Part shown: positions 1 through 9,193 of the stretch, piece by piece
Layout: each line of letters starts with the position of its first letter
Position numbering within the stretch: position 1 is the first letter of the stretch
Source of the DNA: Roseibacillus sp.
GTDB taxonomy: Bacteria; Verrucomicrobiota; Verrucomicrobiia; Verrucomicrobiales; Akkermansiaceae
Length of the DNA: 64,000 nucleotides
Assembly (NCBI GenBank): GCA_051251855.1
Contig: JBPOGI010000003.1
Span: forward strand, 64,001 to 128,000
Reading direction: 5' to 3'
The notes under the pieces: model-generated
Told to the model about the DNA's origin: nothing
Databases searched by the model: none
The model's input: the letters and a program-made list of their open reading frames with translations, nothing else
Made by a program: the position numbers and the translations under genes

Positions 1-1
1 T

Positions 2-1909
2 ATTTTCGAGCAAGGCATCGGTTCGCCAGTGGGCCATATTTTGCCGCTTACTCATGAGAAGGACGGCAAGGACTGGTTGACGGGTCCTTGGCTGTTAGGT
101 GGCGATGAAGTCTTTTTGCATCCGGGTAATCATCCCATGGGTTATCGCTTGCCGCTTGATGGTTTGCCTTGGGCAAAGAGGGAGGATCATCCTTATACGG
201 AAGCGGCGGACCCATCGATTCCGCGTGAGGCGATGCCGGGCGAGCGTCTTTTGCCGCCGTCGATGCGTCGACAGGAAGCCAGTATTCGGATGCCCGAGAT
301 GATGGATTCGGTTCGTAAGGGCCTTTCCAGTGAAGAGATTTTGGAGCGTCAGCGTGAGGCGGCCTTGAAGGAGCCTGAGGCTGGTAAGTCTGCCAAGGAC
401 CAAGTGCGCACCGGTCTTTGTGTAGAGCCTCGTGAGGGGCGGCTGCATGTCTTTTTTCCGCCAATTCCCGAGATGGAGCCTTATTTGGAGCTCGTGGGTG
501 CGATGGAGGAGACGGCGAAGGAGCTGGGGACGCCGATTCGGATTGAGGGTTATAAGCCGCCTTCCGATCCTCGTCTTAATTCGTTCTCGGTGACGCCAGA
601 CCCAGGGGTGTTAGAAATCAATATCCATCCTTCCAAGAGTTGGGATGGCATCGTGGAAAAGACGCGGGTGCTCTATGATGAGGCGCGCAAGTGTGGACTT
701 GGTACTGAGAAGTTCATGCAAGATGGGCGGCACTCGGGTACGGGTGGTGGGAATCATATCGTGGTGGGTGGCGAGACGCCGTTAGATTCTCCCTTCTTGC
801 GTCGGCCTGATTTGCTGCAGTCGGTGGTGACTTACTTTAATAACCACCCTTCCCTCTCGTATTTGTTCTCTGGCTTGTTCATTGGACCGACGTCGCAAGC
901 TCCTCGTCTTGATGAAGCAAGGCACGAGGCGATGTATGAGTTGGAGACTGCTTTCACTTCGTTGCCTCAGGGGGATACCACAGTGGAGAATAGCCAGTGG
1001 ATGATTGACCGCGTATTGCGGAACCATATGACGGACCTAACGGGGAATACGCACCGTTCCGAGATTTGTATCGATAAGCTTTTTGGCCCTGGACCTACGG
1101 GGCGTTTGGGTTTGGTAGAGTTTCGTGGTTTTGAGATGCCACCGCATCCTGAGATGTCGCTCTCGCAGCAGTTGTTGATTCGAGGTCTGCTCTCGAAATT
1201 CTGGGATGAGCCTTATAAAGCGAAGCTAGTGCGCTGGGGCTCTTCTATTCACGACAAGTGGTTGTTACCGCATTATCTGAAAGATGACCTCGACGAGGTT
1301 GTTGGTGATTTGCGTGATCACGGTTTGAACTTTGAGAAGGATTGGTATGATCCACATCTCGAGTTCCGCTTTCCTTTGATTGGTGAGCACGAGGAGCGTA
1401 ATATTGGGATTGAGCTGCGTCAGGCGGCCGAGCCTTGGAATGTGCTGGGTGAGGAGTCGTCTTCGAGTGGCACTTCGCGTTATGTCGACTCTTCGGTGGA
1501 GCGGGTGCAGGTGAAGGTGTCGAATTTGACTGAGTCTCGCCATGTGGTGACTTGCAATGGGGTTCCCGTTCCGCTGCATCCGACAGGGCGCAAGGGTGAG
1601 TTCGTTGCCGGGGTGCGTTATCGTGCCTGGGCTCCCTTCTCAGCGATGCATCCTGCCAAGGAGATCAGCTCGCCGCTGACCTTTGATTTGGTCGATACTT
1701 GGAATGAAAAGTCTCTGGGAGCTTGCCAGTATCACGTGGTGCATCCCGGTGGTCGTAGTTATGACGACTTTCCGCTGAACGGGATGGTTGCGGAGTCGCG
1801 TCGTCGTTCTCGCTTTTTCAATATGGGCAAAACGGCTGGCAAGCTGAATCCGACCATTCCGGCACCGAATCCTGACTATCCCCTGACCTTGGATTTGCAA
1901 CGGTTCTAA
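2..1909 (+). CDS. DUF2126 putative amidoligase (transglutaminase-family fusion protein), 5'-truncated by window edge
   Basis: Frame is open from base 2; motifs VTPDPGVLEINIHP, GTGGGNH, HPSLSYLFSGLFIGPTSQAPR and RLGLVEFRGFEMPPH are typical of DUF2126. Confidence 0.85.
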   Translation: MFEQGIGSPVGHILPLTHEKDGKDWLTGPWLLGGDEVFLHPGNHPMGYRLPLDGLPWAKREDHPYTEAADPSIPREAMPGERLLPPSMRRQEASIRMPEMMDSVRKGLSSEEILERQREAALKEPEAGKSAKDQVRTGLCVEPREGRLHVFFPPIPEMEPYLELVGAMEETAKELGTPIRIEGYKPPSDPRLNSFSVTPDPGVLEINIHPSKSWDGIVEKTRVLYDEARKCGLGTEKFMQDGRHSGTGGGNHIVVGGETPLDSPFLRRPDLLQSVVTYFNNHPSLSYLFSGLFIGPTSQAPRLDEARHEAMYELETAFTSLPQGDTTVENSQWMIDRVLRNHMTDLTGNTHRSEICIDKLFGPGPTGRLGLVEFRGFEMPPHPEMSLSQQLLIRGLLSKFWDEPYKAKLVRWGSSIHDKWLLPHYLKDDLDEVVGDLRDHGLNFEKDWYDPHLEFRFPLIGEHEERNIGIELRQAAEPWNVLGEESSSSGTSRYVDSSVERVQVKVSNLTESRHVVTCNGVPVPLHPTGRKGEFVAGVRYRAWAPFSAMHPAKEISSPLTFDLVDTWNEKSLGACQYHVVHPGGRSYDDFPLNGMVAESRRRSRFFNMGKTAGKLNPTIPAPNPDYPLTLDLQRF

Positions 1910-2034
1910 GCCGAGCGAAGATGTCTGAAGTTCGGTGAAACTGGACTCGAAAATGCTGCCTTTCTTCTCGCATGAAGAGACGCCGCCTTGCAGACTCCGC
2001 CTCCGAGAAAACTCGTCCGTCCGATCCTTCTTCG

Positions 2035-4617
2035 ATGTCTCAATCCCAAAGCCAGACCCTTGGTTCTTCCATGAGCCAAAGCCAGACTTCCGCAGCCGCG
2101 GGTAAGTCGGAGAGTCTGTTGACGGGTTATCAGGGTTTAGAGGGAAGTTTTGATGAATATGCAGGTGAAAACGGGGTTCCTCGGCCCGCTTGGGAGGGGT
2201 TTTCGGAACGTTTGCAGGAAATAGGAGGGAAGGGGTTGGCCCAGTCCTGGCGGCGGGGCGAGGAATTGCTGAGAGAGAATGGGATTTCCTACAATCTGCT
2301 TGGTGACCAAAGTCAAAATAAGAGGCCCTGGAATCTGGACCCGATTCCGGCCCTGATTTCGGAGAGCGAGTGGAGTTCTTTGTCGGCGAGTCTCGTGGAG
2401 CGGGCTCACCTTTGGAATCAGATTCTCAAGGATTGCTATGGGGCACGTACCCTCTTGAGTGAGGGTCTGCTACCCCCTGCCTTGCTCTATTCGCAGCCGA
2501 ATTTTAACCGCTTCCTTCCTCCGGTGAATGGGGATGGTATGATTCTGACTTCTTACGCAGTCGATGTCGCTCGCTCTCCTGATGGATCGTGGAAGGTGGT
2601 GGCGGACCGGACTGAAGCGCCCAATGGTGCGGGCTTTGCGCTCGAGAACCGGATCATCCTTTCCAATGTCTTTCCGGAGACCAGTAACAAGCTGCATTTG
2701 ATTCGGTTGGCTTCTTACTTTCAGTCCTTGCGCAGTACTTTGTTTGCGCACGCTCCAGGGGGACATGATGAGCCTAATGTGGTGATGCTTTCGCCGGGTC
2801 CTTCGGATCGGACCTATTTCGAGGATGCCTATTTGGCGCGTTATTTGGGTATTACTTTGGCGGTGGGTGAGGAGCTGACGGTGAGAAACGACCGCGTGTA
2901 CTTAAAGACGGTTTCGGGTCTCCAGCGAGTACACGTAATTTATCGGCGAGTGCATGAGACCGTCATTGACCCACTAGAGGTGCCCACCAATTCGCAACAA
3001 GGGGTGCCAGGTCTGATGAGTGCCATTCGCTCGGGGACGGTTTCGGTAATTAATCCTCCGGGGACTGGCATTGCAGAGTCGCCCGCGATGCTTTCCTTTT
3101 TGCCAGAGATTTCGCGCCGTCTTTTTGGACGCGATTTGGCGATTCCTTCTATTGAGACGGTTTGGGGGGGCAAGTCTCCTGACTTGTTAGACCAACTTCC
3201 TGGTCAGTCGGCTTTGCTTAAAGAAGCGTTTGGGCAGCGGTTGCGGCCTCCGGTGCAATTGGACACTTTGCCAGCGATTCAGCGTGAATCGTTGATGGGG
3301 CGGGTTCGTGCGGATCCTTCGGCTTACGTGGTTCAGCAGCAGATGAACTTTTCTCAGGCTCCGGTGTGGACGGGCTCGCAACTTGAGTCTCGTCCCCTCG
3401 CCTATCGAATTTTCCTTTTTGCCAAGGGAGATGGCTACGAGGTGATGCCCGGTGCCTTGGTGCGCTGTGCTTCTTCGTCGGAGGCCTTGCCAGGTCTCTC
3501 GCTGGATCATGATTCGGGGTCGAAGGATTTGTGGGTTCTGGGTGAAAAAGAGAACCCGAACGAGTGGCAGAGTAATCAGCCTGATCGCTTGAGTATTCGT
3601 CGTTCGACGGGGGCGCTGTCTTCTCGGTCTGCGGACAATCTTTTTTGGATCGGTCGCTATTCTGAGCGAACGGAGTTTGCTACTCGTGTCTTGTTAGAGG
3701 CGGTGTTGACGATGACGGATGATAAGGGCCCGGATGTAAGGCCTCTGTTGGTTCCGCTTTTGGCGACTTTACAGAGCTTTGGATACTTGTCGGCTGAGAT
3801 GGTGGAGGGGCTCTCAAAGTCCCCTTCTCGCAAAGAAATCTTTGCTCTTCTTTCTCCTATTTTCTTCGAATCTGCTGCTGTCGAGGGTGCGGGTGATTCG
3901 GTTCCGATGAATGTGCAGAATCTCTTGCGTTTGGCTTCATTATCGCGGGATCGGCTTTCTAATGAGTCTTGGCGTATCATTCGAGCGCATGGTGATGTCG
4001 TGGGCTCGGTGCCACCGCAGACTCTCTTGTCGATGCGTCCGTTTTTACAGAAGGCGCTGCTGAATCACTCCGCTTTTAATGGAACATGTCGTGAGAATAT
4101 CACGAGGAATCAGGGTTGGCTCTTTTTGAATATTGGTCGGCGGGTAGAGCGGATTCAGTGGCTTTTGACGCTAGTGGATCATCTCATGAAGGAGGATCCG
4201 GAGCTCGGACCTCATACTTTGGAGACGGCGCTTTCGATTAACGACACCACTTTGACCTATCGCTTCCGCTATCGGGGGGCGCCGCAACCGCTGCCGGCGT
4301 TGGATTTGATTCTCTTTGACCCCGCCAACCCGCGTTCACTGGCTTTCCAGCTGCGTGAGCTTGATCGGGATTTGCGTAACTTGCCGAGAGAAGATCAGGC
4401 GGCGCAAAGTGATATCCCCCGCCCGGCTCACCGTGTGGTCTTGCGAGCGCTTCACTATTTGGAGACGGAGCTGCTTTCTACGGAAGAGGGACGTTCTGAT
4501 GTGGAAGAGCTTGAGAAGTTGAAGGTGTTTCTGGCGAAGTTGCGCGAGGAGATGCCTGATTTTACCGAGAAGCTAGGTTGGGACTTTTTCACCCACGTGG
4601 AATTCACGAACTCTTAA
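2035..4617 (+). CDS. Circularly permuted type 2 ATP-grasp protein fused to a C-terminal alpha-E domain
   Basis: RPWNLDPIP, DRTEAPNGAGFALENR, TYFEDAYLARYLG, GSKDLWV, then alpha-E motifs ADNLFWIGRYSER and GRRVER. Alternative start at 1972. Confidence 0.88.
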   Translation: MSQSQSQTLGSSMSQSQTSAAAGKSESLLTGYQGLEGSFDEYAGENGVPRPAWEGFSERLQEIGGKGLAQSWRRGEELLRENGISYNLLGDQSQNKRPWNLDPIPALISESEWSSLSASLVERAHLWNQILKDCYGARTLLSEGLLPPALLYSQPNFNRFLPPVNGDGMILTSYAVDVARSPDGSWKVVADRTEAPNGAGFALENRIILSNVFPETSNKLHLIRLASYFQSLRSTLFAHAPGGHDEPNVVMLSPGPSDRTYFEDAYLARYLGITLAVGEELTVRNDRVYLKTVSGLQRVHVIYRRVHETVIDPLEVPTNSQQGVPGLMSAIRSGTVSVINPPGTGIAESPAMLSFLPEISRRLFGRDLAIPSIETVWGGKSPDLLDQLPGQSALLKEAFGQRLRPPVQLDTLPAIQRESLMGRVRADPSAYVVQQQMNFSQAPVWTGSQLESRPLAYRIFLFAKGDGYEVMPGALVRCASSSEALPGLSLDHDSGSKDLWVLGEKENPNEWQSNQPDRLSIRRSTGALSSRSADNLFWIGRYSERTEFATRVLLEAVLTMTDDKGPDVRPLLVPLLATLQSFGYLSAEMVEGLSKSPSRKEIFALLSPIFFESAAVEGAGDSVPMNVQNLLRLASLSRDRLSNESWRIIRAHGDVVGSVPPQTLLSMRPFLQKALLNHSAFNGTCRENITRNQGWLFLNIGRRVERIQWLLTLVDHLMKEDPELGPHTLETALSINDTTLTYRFRYRGAPQPLPALDLILFDPANPRSLAFQLRELDRDLRNLPREDQAAQSDIPRPAHRVVLRALHYLETELLSTEEGRSDVEELEKLKVFLAKLREEMPDFTEKLGWDFFTHVEFTNS

Positions 4618-4623
4618 TTTCCC

Positions 4624-5499
4624 GTGCGCTATCGAATCCATCATCAAACAGTTTACGAGTATGAGAGTTCGGTCTCATATTCTCATCACGTGGCTCGGCT
4701 GCGTCCGAGTGTGACCCCTCGCCAGAATCAGGGCGCCTTTGACCTGAAAGTATCCCCTGCTCCCGATAGCTTGTCTCATACGGTGGACTATTTTGGGAAT
4801 GCTTGTAGCTACTTTGGCTTGACCACTCCGCATCGGAAGCTGGTGATTGATTCCTATAGTAAGGTTGAGGTGAAGGAGGTGAAGCCGCTGGACTTGGACC
4901 TTTCCATACCTTGGGAGATGGTGCGTGATGTTTTACGGACTTCTCACTTGTCCCCTGATCTTGCTGCGGCGGAATTTAGCTTTGCCTCCCCTCTTTGTCC
5001 TTGTCTGCCTGAGCTTGCGGATTATGCGCGGCAGTCGTTTCAAAAGGGTGTTCCGATTTTGACGGCGAGTCGTGATTTGACCGCTCGTATCTTTAAGGAT
5101 TTTAAGTTTGATCCGAAAGTGACTACGGTGGCGACGCCAGTTTCAGAAGTGTTCGCAAAGCGGGCTGGGGTTTGTCAGGATTTTTCACATCTTCAGATTT
5201 CTTGTCTCCGGTCATTGGGTTTGGCGGCCAGTTATGTATCAGGTTATCTCCGGACAGAGCCTCCTCCAGGTAAGGAGCGGTTGATCGGCGCGGATGCGTC
5301 CCATGCTTGGGTCTCGGTTTATGCGCCTCAGATTGGGTGGTTGGGATTCGATGCCACCAACGATGTGGTTCCCGGGATAGATCATATCCAAGTTGCGAAA
5401 GGTCGTGACTATCTTGATGTCTCACCGGTGCGTGGCACGGTGTTTGGAGGCGGCACGCAGACGCTGAATATCGGGGTGACGGTGAGCGAAGAAGAGTAG
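4624..5499 (+). CDS. Transglutaminase-like protein (N-terminal Bact_transglu_N domain plus core)
   Basis: MRYRIHHQTVYEY N-terminus; catalytic triad GVCQDFSH / SHAW / FDATN; GRDYLDVSP. Confidence 0.92.
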   Translation: MRYRIHHQTVYEYESSVSYSHHVARLRPSVTPRQNQGAFDLKVSPAPDSLSHTVDYFGNACSYFGLTTPHRKLVIDSYSKVEVKEVKPLDLDLSIPWEMVRDVLRTSHLSPDLAAAEFSFASPLCPCLPELADYARQSFQKGVPILTASRDLTARIFKDFKFDPKVTTVATPVSEVFAKRAGVCQDFSHLQISCLRSLGLAASYVSGYLRTEPPPGKERLIGADASHAWVSVYAPQIGWLGFDATNDVVPGIDHIQVAKGRDYLDVSPVRGTVFGGGTQTLNIGVTVSEEE

Positions 5500-5570
5500 T
5501 CTAGAATGGCGGAACTTCTGTTCCTAGTTTTGGCTCTTCTTTATTACTAGAAATTTAGTAGTAAACTCCC

Positions 5571-6755
5571 CTACCCGACTTTTACGGAGTGCTTTTTGGA
5601 GAGGCGGAGAATGTCGCCCACTTTGAGCTTGGGTGTGGCGTTGGGGTCAGTGAGCTTTTCCCCGTTGAGATGAACGGCGCCCGGAAGTATGGATTGCTTT
5701 TTGAGTTCTCCATTGGACTTGGTGAGCTGGTAGCCGGCTTGGTAAGCATGACTGGCAAGTTGGAGGACGGTTCCATCCGCTGGAAAATCTGTGAGAGAGA
5801 GTTCGACGGCACCAGCGGAGTCGTCGCGCTTGGAGAAACGGGCTTCCCAAGTGGCTCGAGCTTCTTTGGCGGCAGCTTCGTCGTGGTAGCGGGTGGTGAG
5901 CTTGTGGGCGAGCTGCTTCTTGGCTTCCATGGGATGGAGGCTTTCGTCACGGTTCTCGCCTAGGAGGAGCTGGTAGTAGCGATCCATCAGGTCGTCGGAG
6001 GTGGACATGAGCTTGCCGAACATTTCGTTGGGCTCTTCAGAGACACCAACGTAGTTCTGGTAGCTCTTGGACATCTTTTTGACACCATCGAGGCCTTCGA
6101 GGAGGGGCATGGTGAGCACAATTTGGGGGAGTTGGCCCTCTTCTTTCTGTAAGTCTCTCCCTACCAATATGTTAAATAGTTGATCGGAGCCTCCAATCTC
6201 GACATCGGCTCGTACTTCGACGGAATCCCAGCCTTGCACGATGGGGTATTGGATTTCGTGGAGACGGACTTCCTGCCCTTTCTCGATACGATTTCTAAAG
6301 TCCTCACGCTGAAGCATTTGTTGCATGGTAACGCGTGAATTGAGTCGGAGGACGTCTTCGAAGGTCATCTTGCGAAACCAGTCACCGTTGTAGACGATTT
6401 CGGTTTTCGACTCGTCGAGAACTTTGAAGGCTTGGCTGGTGTAGGTTTCGGCGTTGATGAGGACATCTTCGCGGGAGAGGGGTGGTCGGGTGGCGGAGCG
6501 GCCGGAGGGGTCGCCGATGGTAGCGGTAAAGTCTCCAATAATTAGAACTGCCTGATGGCCAAGGGATTGGAATTGTCGGAGCTTCTCTAATACGACGGTG
6601 TGACCGAGGTGCAGGTCGGGCGAAGTGGGATCGACGCCGAGTTTGACGCGGAGGGGGCGGCCTTCTTTTTCGCAAAGTTTGAGGCGGTCCGAGAGTTCTT
6701 TTTCGGAGAGGACTTGGGCCGTTCCGGCCATGAGGGTGCTGAGTTGGTCGCTCAT
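5571..6755 (-). CDS. tyrS: Tyrosine--tRNA ligase
   Basis: KLGVDPTSPDLHLGH (HIGH), GGSDQLFN, KMSKS; start placed at MSDQL (6755). Confidence 0.96.
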   Translation of the reverse strand: MSDQLSTLMAGTAQVLSEKELSDRLKLCEKEGRPLRVKLGVDPTSPDLHLGHTVVLEKLRQFQSLGHQAVLIIGDFTATIGDPSGRSATRPPLSREDVLINAETYTSQAFKVLDESKTEIVYNGDWFRKMTFEDVLRLNSRVTMQQMLQREDFRNRIEKGQEVRLHEIQYPIVQGWDSVEVRADVEIGGSDQLFNILVGRDLQKEEGQLPQIVLTMPLLEGLDGVKKMSKSYQNYVGVSEEPNEMFGKLMSTSDDLMDRYYQLLLGENRDESLHPMEAKKQLAHKLTTRYHDEAAAKEARATWEARFSKRDDSAGAVELSLTDFPADGTVLQLASHAYQAGYQLTKSNGELKKQSILPGAVHLNGEKLTDPNATPKLKVGDILRLSKKHSVKVG

Positions 6756-6840
6756 GTGTTGGTCGTTTCTAAACATGGGAGGGCAGGGGAGGCACGTTTT
6801 CTTTTTGTAAGAGGGAAGGATTCTCGCCATGATTACTCTA

Positions 6841-7452
6841 ATGAGTGAGATGATGAATCAGCCGCCTCCGTCTGGTGGAGTGCCCGTTTTGGAGCCAAAG
6901 TCGATTAAGGTCTTCGGTATTTTACATATTGTCTTTGGATGTATTGGTGCTTTGCAGCTCCTGATGGGAGTGGCGAATTTGCTGTTTGGGGATGCTTTTC
7001 TGAAGCTCCAGTCGGGGGGGGATGAGCAGGTTCTTGAGATGCAAAGAGGGATGGCGGAAGAAATGAAGGTAGCAACTTTGGTGGCGCTAGTGCTGATGGC
7101 GGTGGTGACTTTCTTTATCCTGCGCGCAGGGGTGAAGCTTTTGAAGAGTAAGAAGGATGCGGTGAAGGCTTCATCGGTTTATTCCTTTGCTTCCATTGGG
7201 GCGAAGGTGGTGAGTCTCATTCTGGCGGTTACTTATACAATACCCGCTTTGAATCGGTATTTTGATAATCTGACTGAACAGATGGGTGGGGCCGGCAGCT
7301 CTCAACTGGAGGCGATGATGCAGATGATGAAGATGACGACTTCGGTCACGGGGGTGATTTCTCCGATCTTAATGTGTATCTATCCGCTCCTGAGTTTGTT
7401 CCTTTTGAAGAAAAAGAACGTGGGTGAGTATTTGGAACAGTTTGGAAAATAA
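6841..7452 (+). CDS. Hypothetical integral membrane protein (about 4 TM)
   Basis: ORF with four hydrophobic segments; start 6829 or 6841. Confidence 0.7.
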   Translation: MSEMMNQPPPSGGVPVLEPKSIKVFGILHIVFGCIGALQLLMGVANLLFGDAFLKLQSGGDEQVLEMQRGMAEEMKVATLVALVLMAVVTFFILRAGVKLLKSKKDAVKASSVYSFASIGAKVVSLILAVTYTIPALNRYFDNLTEQMGGAGSSQLEAMMQMMKMTTSVTGVISPILMCIYPLLSLFLLKKKNVGEYLEQFGK

Positions 7453-7522
7453 GTGGGTTCGAATCGATTTTCGTCTTGAAAACGATAGACAGGGGAGTAT
7501 GAAGCCTCTCCGCTATAAAGCT

Positions 7523-7600
7523 GGTGGCCGTAGCTCAGTTGGTTAGAGTCCCTGATTGTGATTCAGGATGTCGCGGGTTCAAGTCCCGTCGGTCGCCCCA
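7523..7600 (+). tRNA. tRNA-His (GUG)
   Basis: Cloverleaf: G-1, acceptor GTGGCCG/CGGTCGC, discriminator C, encoded CCA; anticodon arm CCTGA-TTGTGAT-TCAGG; T-arm GGTTCAAGTCC. Confidence 0.97.
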
Positions 7601-7651
7601 CCTTTCTTTCTTCTTGTGACTGTTGAATCAGCAAACGCAGTCCGGTCCTCG

Positions 7652-8347
7652 TTGACTCCCATCGAAGACCATCTTTCTTATCAATTTAAGGATAAGACTT
7701 TGCTCGCAGCCGCCTTGACTCATCCGAGTTTGATTGCAGAAAGCAAGTCGCATAACGTTGATAATCAGAGACTTGAGTATTTAGGCGATGCGGTTTTGCA
7801 GCTGGCCTTAACGGAGGTCTTGTATCTGCGCTTTCCAGATGAAGGGGAGGGTCCCTTGACAAAGTGGCGAGCTCGTTTGGTGTCTAAACCAGCGTTGGCT
7901 GCCTTTGGAGAGCAGCTAAATTTGGGAGCAGAGATGCTGATGGGTAAGGGCGAGGAGGCCAACGGCGGACGGTCGCGGTCTTCGAATCTGGCGGATTGTG
8001 TGGAGGCGGTATTGGGGGCGGTGTATTTGGATGGTGGTTTTAACGAAGCGCAGAAGGTGGTTTTGAAGATGGTGGGTAGTGCGTTGGATGAGGTGACTCA
8101 GAGTGATGAGACTGGGAATCCGAAGGGCGATCTGCAGGAGGCTTTGCAGGCTCTTTTTTCTGACAATCCGATCTACAGCATTCTTTCGGCGACTGGTCCG
8201 GACCATGACAAGAAGTTCGTGGCCTCGGTGACGTGGCGAGGAGATGTTCTTGGACAGGGGGAGGGGGCGAGTAAGAAGACGGCTGAAGCAGCTGCGGCGG
8301 CTGATGCGCTCGTGCAAGGGAAGTGGCGCGCTGGTGACGGAGTCTAG
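7652..8347 (+). CDS. rnc: Ribonuclease III
   Basis: NQRLEYLGDAVL signature, ADCVEAVLGAVYLDGG, C-terminal dsRBD (GPDHDKKF, GASKKTAE). The 7568 start overlaps the tRNA, so TTG 7652 or GTG 7616 is more likely. Confidence 0.95.
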   Translation: MTPIEDHLSYQFKDKTLLAAALTHPSLIAESKSHNVDNQRLEYLGDAVLQLALTEVLYLRFPDEGEGPLTKWRARLVSKPALAAFGEQLNLGAEMLMGKGEEANGGRSRSSNLADCVEAVLGAVYLDGGFNEAQKVVLKMVGSALDEVTQSDETGNPKGDLQEALQALFSDNPIYSILSATGPDHDKKFVASVTWRGDVLGQGEGASKKTAEAAAAADALVQGKWRAGDGV

Positions 8348-8348
8348 G

Positions 8349-8888
8349 ATGAGGGGTGATTGTCCATTCTTGCCTGTGGTTGACCGAGTGTGGCGGGCGA
8401 GGGATATGGCTCCGTTTCGAGAGCAAAGAGATAAGGAGTTCTATTGGGCAGCGTTGTGCTATGCGCAGTCTCTTTTGAGAGAGGGGAAGCCTGCCCAGGC
8501 TTTGCTTCAGATCAACAAGTCGTTTCTCGCGGATCTTACGGATGAGGCAATTTTGGAGAATTGGCCGCCAAGCTATCAGGCTGTGGTTTGGATCATTGAA
8601 GAGTATCGCGCTAGGGAGGAGAACTTCCTTGGGAATCCGGTGAGGCATTATCAGCATCTGGCGACGCGGATGAGTGGGCCTCGGGGTGGCATCAGAATGG
8701 TGCGGGCTTGGGCTTGCTTTCACTTGGCCGAGGTATTTGCGCCTGAGTTTCCCAGGGATCACGAGCAGATCGAAAAGGAGAAGGTGGTGATTCCTTCGTT
8801 TCAGGTGATCTTGGAGGCCATTGACCGTTTTGGCTGGAAAGAAGAGGGGAATGTTCTACGTGGAACGTTTAGTAGGTTGAGGGAGTGA
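8349..8888 (+). CDS. Hypothetical protein
   Basis: ATG directly after the rnc stop; protein-like ORF (AQALLQINK, GNPVRHYQHLATRM). Confidence 0.65.
   Translation: MRGDCPFLPVVDRVWRARDMAPFREQRDKEFYWAALCYAQSLLREGKPAQALLQINKSFLADLTDEAILENWPPSYQAVVWIIEEYRAREENFLGNPVRHYQHLATRMSGPRGGIRMVRAWACFHLAEVFAPEFPRDHEQIEKEKVVIPSFQVILEAIDRFGWKEEGNVLRGTFSRLRE
8852..8867. promoter_or_regulatory. parS-like site TGTTCTACGTGGAACG
   Basis: Near match to the parS palindrome TGTTNCACGTGNAACA. Confidence 0.6.
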
Positions 8889-9193
8889 AGTGAGTTTGCG
8901 GGATGTCGTATCGAAATTCAGAGAGGGCTTGGAACAGCCGCAGAGGGATATTGGTCGCTGAGGGTTGCAGAGAGACTTTGCATTTCTGGACAGAAAGAGG
9001 CCTTCAGTCGGGGATGCTCACATCCTTGTTTGAAGCAAGTTTGAGCGGTGTGGATATTGGAGACATTCGCTAAGCCTGAAGCTAGAAGTGAAGTCGCGTT
9101 GGAATATGTGTCCACTTTCTCTTCCAAATCTCTCTAATGCTCTGCGGTCGTCTCTCCTCAGAGTCTGAAGAGGATGTGGTCAAGGTTGAAAGC

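Noticed and set aside
6828..6831. Shared CATG start of tyrS and the membrane gene
   Set aside because: TyrS similarity begins near 6755, so the overlap is probably an ORF-calling artefact
7600..7650. Integrative element at the tRNA-His 3' end
   Set aside because: No integrase and no duplicated tRNA 3' end seen; rnc follows directly
7568..7651. N-terminal extension of rnc from the ORF track
   Set aside because: Its first part overlaps the tRNA-His gene
8889..9193. oriC in the gap next to mnmG
   Set aside because: Only one imperfect DnaA-box-like 9-mer (TGTGGATAT), no AT-rich unwinding element and no dnaA
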